Part shown: positions 12,814 through 24,393 of the stretch, piece after piece
Layout: every line of letters begins with the position of its first letter
Position numbering within the stretch: the stretch's first letter is position 1
From: Ministeria vibrans ATCC 50519
Taxonomy: Eukaryota; Protista; Filasterea
Reading direction: 5' to 3'
DNA: 64,000 nucleotides
Assembly (NCBI GenBank): GCA_943704425.1
Contig: CALSCP010001345.1
Location: forward strand, 78,370-142,369
Notes under the pieces: generated by a model
What the model saw: only the letters and a program-made list of their open reading frames with translations
What the model was told of the DNA's origin: nothing
Databases searched by the model: none
Translations under genes and position numbers: made by a program

Positions 12814-13003
12814 CGTGATGAGAGGGATATTCCAATAATAATATTAATTATTATTATTATTATTTTTATTATTTTGATTTTTGTCTTTTGAATAGTAATC
12901 AGTTATCAGTCAGCACTTAACTATCTATCTTTGATCACGACTGACCTCGTTCCTTCTGTGTTTCCCGAGTAACCGGGCTCCCCCTCTCCCCCCGCCCCCT
13001 CTC

Positions 13004-14675
13004 ATGTCGGTCGCGGCCGCCAAGGTGCGCATTGTGCAAAGATCACAGAGAGAGATTGTCATTGTGTGTCTAATTATGTGTCTGTCTCTCTCTCTCTCTC
13101 ATTCTCTCACATTCTCTCTCTCTCCCTCTCTCTCTCTCCTCTTCCTCCCTCAGACGGAACTCAGCCTCAAGTGTTCCTATGGAAAGGAGAACCGGTACGT
13201 CTTTCTCTTTGTTCTTTCTGTCGTTTTGTGTATCTCTTTGTGACGATTCTTTTTTTTTTTTTTTTAACTAACAATCTCTCAATTTCGCACAGGAGATTCC
13301 ACTTTCCCCGCGCTGCATTGACGCATCGGCTGCTCCTGGAGAAGCTGTCGGACCAGTATGGGTTCAATGTGTCTATTAGTTACGTAAACGATGAGGTCAG
13401 TGCAAAAACATATATAAAAAACGAAATATTTCGCTGTCGCTTTTTGTTGTTTTCGCTTTGCTCTCTCGCGTCTTGCGTCCTTTTGCGCGTCTGTTGCTTC
13501 CCACGTGTGCCTTGTCGGTGCACGCTCCCTTCCCGCGGGGTCGCTGTGGTCTCATGGGCCTGTGTCGTGTAGGGCGCGCGAGTGGAGCTGCAGTCGCAGT
13601 ACGAAATGGACATGGCTCTCATCACATACGACCGGACGGCGACGGAGGCCGCCGAGAAGGCCGACAGGAGCGAGCCGCCGCCCCTACGCATTCGTGTGGA
13701 GAAGAGCACGGCCCAGGCGGCGCTGCTTCCGGTCAGCGTTGCGACCGACGTCAAACGCGTCTCGTCGTTTGTGGCCGAAGAGAAGACCCCTCCGCCCAGT
13801 CCCGTGCGCCAGACACACCACGCACGTGCCTTCAGCGACGGCGGTCTTGGCTTTGTATCCAATACGAGTTCGCTCGACTCGAGCATGGGGCACTACACCG
13901 ATGTGCTCTCCATGGGCTCGACGACAGGTCCGTCGCTCATCGGCTCACGCAGTCAGGGGGGCGTCGCCATGCCTGTCACTGACGGCTTCCATGCCGACTC
14001 GGACGACGATGGTAACGCTTCGTCGCCCGAACCAGGGTGCCTGCCGGCTTCTCGTCGGCCCCTCTCGACGGGCGCTCTCTCCTCGTCCACCGAAAGTCCT
14101 TCAACGCCTCTGAGCCCCTCCTTAAACACCCCCAATGGATCAAGGCAACAACAGCTACAGACGACAAACGCATCGCAGCATTACAGTCGCATCCTCTCAC
14201 CTGTCTCCCTCTCGCCCGTTCGCTCACACTTTGTCGCCGAGCACAGTCTCCCATACCAACGCGACTTCCCTAACATGTACCATCGGCACCCGCCCGCCCC
14301 TACCAGCCCCCAACATTATCAACACCAACAACAGACCACAACCACCTACGCCGACTACGCCGTTCCCAACGGCGCTGTGCCCATCATTAAGAAGCCTGTG
14401 CTCTCCTTCCGTCACTCCACCCCCGCCGACGACGACCGCCGTCGCGGCTTTGTCGTCCGCCCTGCACACCACCAGAATGCTGGCCCTCCTCAACAGAGCT
14501 CGACAGCGACAGCCACTGCAAATACACCTGGCGTGGGTGGTGGGGTGTTCTCAGGTGCTCCTCATCCCGAACTCGTCACCTCACCCGTCTTCCTCGCCTC
14601 CTCCGTCAGCTCCACCTCCGCCTCCACTCCCACCACCGCCTTCCCTTCCCCACCCCCCACCCAACAACCACAACC

Positions 14676-14706
<31 letters not shown>

Positions 14707-16132
14707 CCTCAGTCGATTGCAGCGTCATCACCACCAAAAGACCCTACACCTCCCACTCGAGCAAAAACCATCTCTACCGCTCCCTCTTCTCCATTCCCCT
14801 CCAACGCTCCGTCCGTCACGACATCCCCTCCCTCCACTCAGCGCTCCTCCTTTAACAGCAACACCAGTAGCTTTGTGTCGGCGGCCGTTGCCTCAGGCAC
14901 TGCCGTCCCTCTTGGCGAATTTAGAAAACGCTCGCGAACCTGTCCCGACTCGGTGCTCAGCAAAGTACAAAAACGCCCGACACGCGACGAACTGGATCGA
15001 GTGGGTCAGCCCAAACGGTGGAAGTTGGGTGCGCTGTTGGGTCAGGGAGGTTTTGGCAAAGTGTACGTGTGCTATGATCTCGATCGCGGGACTCAGTTGG
15101 CCGTCAAGCAAGTAAGATTATCTGACTGCATGCATGTGTGTGTTTATCTACTTTGTTTCTCTCTTGATTTTTTTCTTTTTTATCACTCTTGTTTCTCTCT
15201 ATCTCTCTCTCTCTCTCTCTGTCACACACACACTTTGCTTTTTTCATCTCCCTCGTCTCTTTCTCTCTCTTTTCCTACGTCTCGTTTTTGAACAAAATTC
15301 ATCTTATTGCTCTTTTTCCAGGTTGATTTGCAAAACATCAATGGATCTCACAGTGCCAAACACGACCGAGAAATGCAGAATCTCGAGGAAGAAATTGAGG
15401 TAATGAAGGCTCTCAAACACGAACATATAGTGCACTATTACGGCACTGAGCGCACCGAGTCGGCTTTGTCCATCTTTATGGAATTTGTGTCGGGAAACTC
15501 AATTGCGTATCGACTCAAAGCGGTAAGTGTGGATTATTTTTTAACAATAATTATATTATTATATTAATTGATGAATCATTCATAATAATTGTTGTTGGTA
15601 ATAATTGTAGTGCGGAGCATTCAGTGAGTCTGTGACGCGCAACTACACTCGACAGTTGATTGAAGCACTGATCTATCTGCATGAGAATCGGGTGGTGCAT
15701 CGGGATATCAAGGGAGCGAACATTCTGGTGGAGAAGACGGGACTGGTCAAACTGGCGGACTTTGGAGCGTCCAAGCGACTTCTGTCGATCATCCAGGACA
15801 GTAATTTTCTCAAGTCGCATGTGGGAACGCCATACTGGATGGCACCTGAGGTGGTCAATGGCGAAGGGCACGGGCGCAAAAGCGATGTGTGGTCTCTGGC
15901 TGCGACCGTTCTTGAAATGCTCACGGGCCGTCCGCCCTTTGGCCACCTGGAACCTATGGCCGCCATCTTTCGCATTGGCTCCACGACCACTCCACCCCCT
16001 ATTCCCTCCGATATTTCCCCCACCGCTCGCTCCTTTATGCTCTCGTGCTTTGTGCGTGCTCCGACCGAACGTCCCGGCCCTGAGCTGCTCATTCAGCACG
16101 CCTTTGTGCCCGATTTTTGTCCCTTCCATTGA
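13004..16132 (+). CDS. MAP kinase kinase kinase, MEKK2/3-like (N-terminal PB1, C-terminal STE11-family kinase)
   Basis: PB1-like exons (LSLKCSYGKENRRFHFPR...ISYVNDE). Kinase motifs WKLGALLGQGGFGKVY, LAVKQV, HRDIKGANILV, DFG, GTPYWMAPEV, KSDVWS. Confidence 0.9.
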
Positions 16133-16424
16133 TTCCCCTGCGACTCTGTCTGTCTCTTTTTTTTCTTATTTGCGAGCTTCTCTCTTTGAGGTCTGTCGTA
16201 TTATTTTTTTTTGTCTTGTACTTGTGCGTTTGTATGAGAAGATAATAATATAGAGTATCATAATAATTTCATTGCTTGAATTGCCAGGAATTCAACATTA
16301 CTCTCCCACCGTGATAGCGGCGACTTTGTAAGCCTCTGCCAGTCACTGACAGCATGACACTTCCCGCTTGACCCTTGTTTCTTTTCCCTTTTCATTTACT
16401 CACAACTGTGCCCAAGGCAGTTCC

Positions 16425-16790
16425 ATTAGCAGAGTACCCGTTCCGGCTCGCTCGAGTTCGTAGTGAGTCAGTCAGTCCGAGAAAGACCCCTTTCAGTGCG
16501 CGAATCTATGCACTGGGGAACGTAGGCAACTGGTCGTTGCCAAGAATAGCGCGCATCGAGGGCGGCCGTCTGAGCCAAATGTGGAATTGGAGTTGTAACT
16601 CCCAAGGGTGAACCCAGGTCAGAAGTAAAGTGAGTGCGCACTATATATAGACACGTCCCGCTCACTGTGCGACTGCAGATTGCACCACTCCGTGTTGTTC
16701 GTGAGGCACATTCGTTGACTCGCGCTGCCCCTGCGAACGCCAGTTGAGCATTGTGACTCGGCACGAAGGGGGTCTCAGAGCCTGCAGTAA
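16425..16790 (+). ncRNA. Candidate structured ncRNA, RNase MRP/P-like
   Basis: GAAAGACCCC (16481-16490) can pair with GGGGTCT within ACGAAGGGGGTCTCA (16763-16777), resembling MRP CR-I/CR-V. Several internal hairpins, and no credible ORF. Confidence 0.4.
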
Positions 16791-16965
16791 AAACCAATGG
16801 TACAGCGTAACTACAGGTTCGATGTTGGCGGTAGCCATCTTGTCAATTGACACTTGAGTAGTTGTTAAAGAGTTGTTTTTCCTACATTTTACAGGCACAT
16901 TCACACACACGCACACATCTCTCTCGTTCTCTGAGTCACAAAAAATGAACACACACAGCATCAGC

Positions 16966-17645
16966 CTATTGAGGTGCTGCCGACTTGCTCATGGTGTCCG
17001 TGGCGATCTGACGCATTGTGACAGACACCTCCTTGGCCATGTCCTCGAGCCCGTGTCCCGCAAAGATATCCATAGAGATCATGGCGGCGGGGTCAACGAA
17101 CGACACCACGACTTGGTCGTCTTCGCTGTACACCGACACGCGACAGGGCAACAGTGAACTGACCGTCATGGTTTGGGAGAGCACAGCGCTCGCCTAAGGA
17201 AGACACAAACGCATTAAGACACACACACACACACACATATATAAATATATTACATATATATTCACACACACACTCCCTCACTCACTCACACAGTGCGCGA
17301 GTATATATATCTACGCACCTTCTTGGGGTTACAGACCTGGTAGACGATAAGGTCCTTCTCGAAAGGCTCGCCCTGTGAGAGAGAGTTGAGTGGTCAGAAC
17401 TCGCACTTATCACAAGTTGTACAACAGAAAACCGAACGTTTCGTCTTTCTCACCTTAGAAATCAATGTCGACTTGATATCGACCTTGCCAACGACACCAA
17501 ACTTGTTCTCGACAATGGCCTGCTCCAGGTTGGCGCAGACAGTCGCAAAGTCAGCGGCGCTGTAACGACAGAGTGAATATGAATAACATGTCAAGCGACT
17601 GAAGCGCAGTCCGTACCAGCGCATTTCAACGAGTCCGGAAGCCAT
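16966..17645 (-). CDS. DUF302-family protein (~138 aa, 4 exons)
   Basis: Spliced product MASGLVEMRCAADFATVCANLEQAIVENKFGVVGKVDIKSTL...VYQVCNPKKASAVL...SSLLPCRVSVYSEDDQVVVSFVDP carries the CNP and LLPCR hallmarks. Confidence 0.85.
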
Positions 17646-18122
17646 GCTTGGTATGGTGTATGATCGGGTGGGTGGGTTCGAATGAATTAAACTAAGTGAT
17701 AGAACCAAGTCGGATTTCAGAATTTGTCTTTCAATTGGAAAATGTCGGCAAACGAATAACCGCCGATCTGTGTCTATTCATGCAGCACACGCTGTAAGTT
17801 ATAATAAGCAATAATTATGCATGAAGCATCAAAGCATGAATAGTCATGATGACTGATCACTGATATGTCAAAGGAGAATGTACATTATTATGAAAATCAC
17901 ATGAAAATGATATGTAAAGAAACTCCACACACTCTTTTGAGGGGCTTCTGAGGCGAGTCTATTCATTATACACTCAATAGTCAATATAGTATGTGGCGGA
18001 AGCATTCAGCAATCCACAATCAGCAATAATTCAGCATTGACTGTATTATTTGTACTACTCTTACTGATCGATGAGCAAACTAACTAAACTTTTATAGAAA
18101 TATTATATTATTTGTATTGCTC

Positions 18123-19681
18123 ATGCTTCGATTTTTGCTGCTAGTGGCCACCTTGGTTGTTACAATCCAAGGAGTGGACGAGGCAGAGATGTACGCCCTC
18201 TGATTGTATTTTTTTATTGTTTTTATTGNNNNNNNNNNNNNNATTAATAATAATAATAATAGATCCTCACAAGATGGAAATCTGGTGATCTCGCCGAGCA
18301 GCAGTGGCGCTGTGCATGTCATGGGGGATGCTCTGTACGTCAATGGCTCTCGCGCTGTGACCAATGCGTCGTGGACTGAGCGCACTGCATCGCTTTTTGA
18401 CCGCATTGCGCGACTGGAGTGCTCTGCAAGCACCAGTGGCTGCTCTGCCTCGCCCGCAACAGCCACGGCCGTCTCGACTGCCACGGCAACCCCGACGCCC
18501 ACACCCGCCCCCTCGGCAGACCCCGACCCGCAACCGCGCTCAACGCCCTTCATCGCCACGTTCGACACGACTCGGTCAAGCAACCGCGCCACCAACGAGA
18601 CGCAGCTCAACCTGCCCCTGCAGTCGTCGGGAACGTACTCTTTCGTCGTCGATTGGGGCGACTCCTCCCAATCAGACACAATCACGTCCTATGACGATCC
18701 GGCCGCGACGCACAACTACGCCCAGCCCGGTACAGAACATACACGAGTGGACACCACCACCAGGCCTCGCCCCACACCGACTTCACTGATCTCTACTCTA
18801 CTGTACTAGGGACGTATACCGTCACAATTCAGGGCCAACTCGACGGCTGGCGCTACAACAACCAAGTGGACTGTGTCAAACTCATCTCGGTCCTCCAGTG
18901 GGGCTCCCTGCGTCCCATGAGCTCAAACGGTAACTATTTCTCGGGCGCAGTGAACATGGACGTGCTCGCAACGGACACACTCGATCTGTCGCTCACTACG
19001 ACGCTCGCTGGTGCGTTCACTCGAACCAAAATTAGCTCCACAGGCAACTTCAATGCGTGGGACGTCGCACATATTGTCGACTTCTCTTTCTGCTTCAGCT
19101 TCTGCACCTCGTTCAACCAGCCCCTCGACCAGTGGGACACGTCGAGTGCCATCAACATGCGCAACATGTTCTACACCGCGTCCATCTTCAACCAGCCCGT
19201 CGAAACGTGGGACGTCTCGCAGGTCACCGACATGTCGGCCATGTTTCAACTGGCGCGTCGCTTTAACCAGTCACTCGTGCAATGGGACACGGGCAAGGTC
19301 GAAATCATTGATGTCATGTTCCGGCAGTGCACTGACTTCAACGGCAACGTGAGCACGTGGGATACGTCTAGCATGCGTCAAATGGCATTTGCCTTCAACG
19401 AGTGCCCTTCCTTCAACCGCGACCTGTCCGCCTGGATCACCACTAGTGTCACCTCCATGTCATACATGTTTAAAGATGCCACATCCTTCAACCAGGACAT
19501 TAGCGCCTGGGACACGTCGTCCACCACGCAAATGACCAACATGTTCAACAATGCCCGTGCATTCAACCAAGATTTGTCAAGCTGGTGCGTGGCCCACATT
19601 GCGTCACAGCCCGCCTCGTTTGACGCGAGTGCGTCGGCTTGGTCCCTCAGCAGACCGCTTTGGGGTGTGCCGTGTGTCTAA
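18123..19681 (+). CDS. Secreted DUF285/BspA-type (bacterial surface 25-26-residue repeat) protein with cubilin-N-like leader and PKD-like domain, 3 exons
   Basis: Signal peptide MLRFLLLVATLVVTIQG. PKD-like VDWGD...THNYAQPGTYTVTI. Repeats FNQPLDQWDTSSAINMRNMF. C-terminal WCV...P..F...W...P.WG..C. Confidence 0.88.
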
Positions 19682-19882
19682 CAAAGAATCTCCCACGCAT
19701 TCGCATGGCACACTTGGATATTTTATATTAATAATAATAATAATAATGATTAAAATAATAATAATTATTCATATTTTTTTTGACATGACTGTACTGATTT
19801 AAGAAGTCGTGGCGAATTGAGATGTGAGTTTGGCAGTGTCTTTTGTGTGAGAAAGAGTGTGTGTGTGTGCATGTGTGTGGAC

Positions 19883-22334
19883 TTAAGTGGTAGGATCGTG
19901 TTTGGCGAGAACCTCGGGAGGGAAGGCATAGCCGCCGTTGCCATGCCACAGGCTGATAGGCTCGGGGCAGGACCAGTAAGCTTCCTTACGCGACTCATAG
20001 CCATGCTCATACCACCATGTGCACAGCTGATAGTCACAAATGTACAGCACAGGAAAAGAAAATAATAGGGTGGGTGAGAGAGTGTCAGTGAGTGTACAGA
20101 TATATAAAAAGTGAAAGAAGTGACATAAGCAAAAATCGACAGTTGACAAAGAGTAAACTGCGTCAGTTGCATGAGTTTGATTAAACAACATCTCAGACAG
20201 GGAGAGATACACAATTGAAAGTGAGATTGAAAAAACTCAAACTAATAAAACCAATCGAAAACGCACACCCTACTCAAAACAAACTCTCCAAAAAAAAAGG
20301 TAATACAAAAGATAAATAGTTCTTAATGTTATTCTTACCTGTCTGTTCCACTGACACGGAAGAACATAAAACAAATGTTCCTAACACACACAAACAAAAG
20401 AATATCAGAATTGTTTTGAAACGACTCGTTTCATTGATCTATTACGTGTTCAAATGACATTAGAGTGTATAAATCCTGATCGCCCAAATGTCCCTTGAAT
20501 GAGTATTTCTCAGCCAACTAAAAGAAAATGAAAAGATTAATCAATATCACCATTGTGTTTCAAAGATGAAAAAGAGTGATTGACAGTGAGTGAAACTGCT
20601 TGATTGAAAATGACACTTTACCTGACCCAAATAGGGTCCGTCAATGACCGATTTGTAGAGCTCTGTTGTGCGCATTCTGTCCAACCGCATAAGCATCACT
20701 CCACTATTGAATCCTGCACAATAGATAATAGTTTTACAAGAGCTCAATTTAACTCTCTCGCGACTCAAGTCAGTGTGACCAAAGTGAGTGTCTGTCTGTG
20801 TCGTACCAGTCAGTCCGTCTGGAGGAGCTGCACCCACTCGCGTCACTTTGTTCTCACTGCGCCACTTCCACGTGTTATGGTAGTACACTAACATAATAAT
20901 AATAAGAATAATTAGAAAAATAATGAGGGAAAATAATAAAAATAATAAAAAGATGAGAAAAGTATAATCGGTGTAACCTTAATCACAAACAAGTACATCC
21001 CCAAAACAACTTACACACTACACACTAAACCTCACAACGCGACATGAGCCACCCGCCTATATTAACCCTAACCCTCACCTGGCTGCTGATCGTGCGCAAT
21101 AGCCATCAGCGCACTCTCTCCCATCTTCCCATAGTACTCCACCAAATGCCGCATATCATCGGCAACCACAATATCACTATCCATTGCAACCAAATGCGTC
21201 AACTCTGGAAAAATCTTATGCGCAACCTAAATGACACCAAAACATTCAATCACATGACAATATTACTCTCCCCCATTTGACGTACGGGAGCCAAAAAGAA
21301 AATGGCCTGAGCATAATAAGCACCGCTTCCCGACGAGAAGTGACCGCGCATTCCCTCAATGTGGGGCATCACTTTGTCGGCCATTTCGTTGTCCATATAG
21401 GTTGAAAGCTAAACACACACACGCAGAGAAGAAGAAAAATAGTGAAAGTAAGTCTGTTGTGTGCATTGCGATGGATTTTTACCTGGATTGATTTTGAAGG
21501 GTATGATTTGGGGTTGATTGCAGCTTGAACAAGAAATTCGCTGTTCTTGTCGGTGACGACGTGGAAGTGGATGGGAATGGTTGTGTAGCGCAGGATGGTG
21601 CGGATGCAACGGGCAAATTGCTCTTTGCGCTTGAAGTTGTTGTGCGCCTTGGTGAGAATCATCAGCAGGTCCATTTGCGATGGGATTGCCGATGGTCCAC
21701 TCTCCTGTGTGTGGGAAAAAAAAAATTGTGTGATGAGGTTTTTTTGTGGGTGCACAAACAACAATGGCTTACTTTAGTGGACAGTTGGACGTGAGGAATC
21801 GCAATCTGAGCTGCTTTTGGTGCTTGCGGTGGTGGTGGGGGCGGTGGGGGCGCAACCTTGACGGGNNNNNNNNNNGGGGGCGGTGGGGGCGGCGGTGGAG
21901 GGGCCGGCGGTGCGCGCACGGGGTCGTGAGGGCGCGTACCGGGCGAATGGCGCTGGCGCTCAAGCCTGCAAACACAGATAGTGCGTGTGTGAGAGTGTGA
22001 GGGCAATTTTAAGGCACTCGGAGAGCCCCCCAGGCCCCGCCCGCAGGCACGCCGATGGTGCAATGAGCAGTGCTAGCCACACAGGGAGAAGGACGCACAG
22101 AAGCGATGTGCCGCAATGGCCAAACGACCAATCGATTTCAAAACGAAGAACAGAAAAAAAAAAAAAAAAAAAAAAAAAGAGCGCTTACTCTTGTTTGACG
22201 ACATGAGGAGAAACTGGGGGTGCAGGCATCGGGGGTGGGCCGTCGCCTTGATTCTCTGCCCACTGGCCGTACGCCAGAAAGCAAAAGATGAGAAAGAGAG
22301 CGACTTCACTGACGCGACGAAGAGTCACTCGCAT
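19883..22334 (-). CDS. XXYLT1: Glycosyltransferase family 8, xyloside xylosyltransferase XXYLT1-like, type II membrane protein, many exons
   Basis: N-terminal TM (VALFLIFCFLAY), HFSSGSGAYYAQAIFFL, DxD in AMDSD, GFNSGVMLMRLDRMR, HLGDQD, QLCTWW...HGN. Confidence 0.8.
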
Positions 22335-22499
22335 GACGCACTCTCAGACACCCACAGAAGTCACACACACACAGCCGACGCAGACGATCCACGCACTCAG
22401 ACAAAATGAGTAAATTAATAATATTTTGTTATATGAAATATGATATGAAATATGATTTGATTTCTAAATCTAAAATGAATTTATTTTTTTGCTTGAAAG

Positions 22500-23707
22500 A
22501 TGTTCACTTTAGCGAAGAAGAACATCATTGTGACGGGAGGCACCAAGGGGATTGGGCGTGCAGTCGCAGAGGAGTGCGTGGCGGCGGGTGCAAGTGTGCT
22601 GATCACCGCACGCACTGAAAGTGATCTTGTCGCCTTCACTCAGCTACTCAGCGCCCGAGCCGTCCACGGCCAGCGTGTGTTTGGGCTTGCAGTTGATTCC
22701 GCCGACAAGGACTCCGCCGCAACCATTGTGGCGGCCGCAAGAACACATTTTGATTCTGTTGGTAATTCAACTCATCCTTAGCACAAACTAAGCACTAATC
22801 GCACTCACACTCACATACGTACGCACACACATACGTACACACACTTACACGTACACACACACACACACATACTCACTCACTCACTCACTCACACACACTC
22901 ACTCTCACTCGCTCACTCACACACTCACTCACTCACTCACTCACTCACTCACTCTCTTATATCACACACACATACATACATTTCATCAAACAGAACAAGC
23001 TACACGACACCTTTAAACTAAACACTTCTCATCACTCGTTCGCTTGCGTAGTTCATGGACTCGTCAACAATGTCGGAACCAACATCCGCAAACCCGCCAT
23101 TGAATACTCCGCCGAAGAGACCGCCTCTCTCATGTCAACGAATCTGCTCAACTCAGCCTTCCAGCTGTCCACCGCGCTCCACCCGCTTCTCTGTGCCGCC
23201 AATGGTGCCTCGGTGGTCAACATCAGCTCAGTCGCAAGTCTCTACCCAATGACAACCGGCATTGTCTATGCCATGTCCAAAGCCGCACTCAATCAAGTCA
23301 GAACACCTTCATTGTTCATCCACTCTTAATCGACTCTAACACAATCAGATGACACGAAACCTCTCACTGGAATGGGCGCGCGACCAAATTCGCGTCAATT
23401 GCATTGCTCCCTGGTACATCAAAACTCCTCTTGTCGAACCAGTCCTTTCCAACGAAGACTACCTCAAAAAAGGTATTGCTTCCTCTCTCCCTCAAAACGA
23501 AATACCCCACAAGACAACGTCCAGAACGGTTCTGATTGGTCCGCTGGTATAGTGTTGCGTCGAACGCCAATGGGCCGAGTTGGAGAGACGCGCGAAGTGG
23601 CTGGGCCAGTGTGCTTTCTGCTCATGCCCGCGGCGCAGTACACGACGGGCCAGGTCATTGCAGTCGACGGCGGTTTCACCTGTTGCGGCTTTGACCACAA
23701 CTCATAA
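22500..23707 (+). CDS. Tropinone reductase-like short-chain dehydrogenase/reductase, 4 exons
   Basis: [62 protein letters not shown]. Confidence 0.92.
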
Positions 23708-23869
23708 AAGTCACTTTGTTTTTTTTATTGTGACTTCTTCTTTCGTAATAGTTATTATGGTGTTGTGCAAGTCGGTTGTGATCGTGAAGACAAAATCGTT
23801 TATTGGTGTTCTCTTAAATTAATTGCCATTGTTTCATCATCAGTAAGATAGTGTTTCGTCACTGTTTTC

Positions 23870-24170
<301 letters not shown>

Positions 24171-24393
24171 TGGTTTGTTTTTGTCAAAGTGAGAGAGTAA
24201 ATGAGATTGCGATCGCCCCACTTTGCAATTTCTGAAACCGAGAATCAAAAAGCGCGAAATGTCAAATCGCAAGTCAACTTTGAGAAACCTGAAACCGTCG
24301 AGATGAAAACATATGCAAATGCCCTTGAGTGACTTTCTTTCGGGATCATCCCATTATTATTGAAACAGAATACACTAACCATTATTAATTTAT

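Noticed and set aside
16366-16380. Telomerase RNA template (CTTGACCCTTG, 1.5 repeats)
   Set aside because: It would imply an unusual TCAAGGG telomere with no support in this window. No CTAACCCT template is present in this region.
21062-21077. TTAGGG-like telomeric repeats (also ~53195 and ~56975)
   Set aside because: Only about 2 degenerate units inside introns, too short to call interstitial telomeric arrays.
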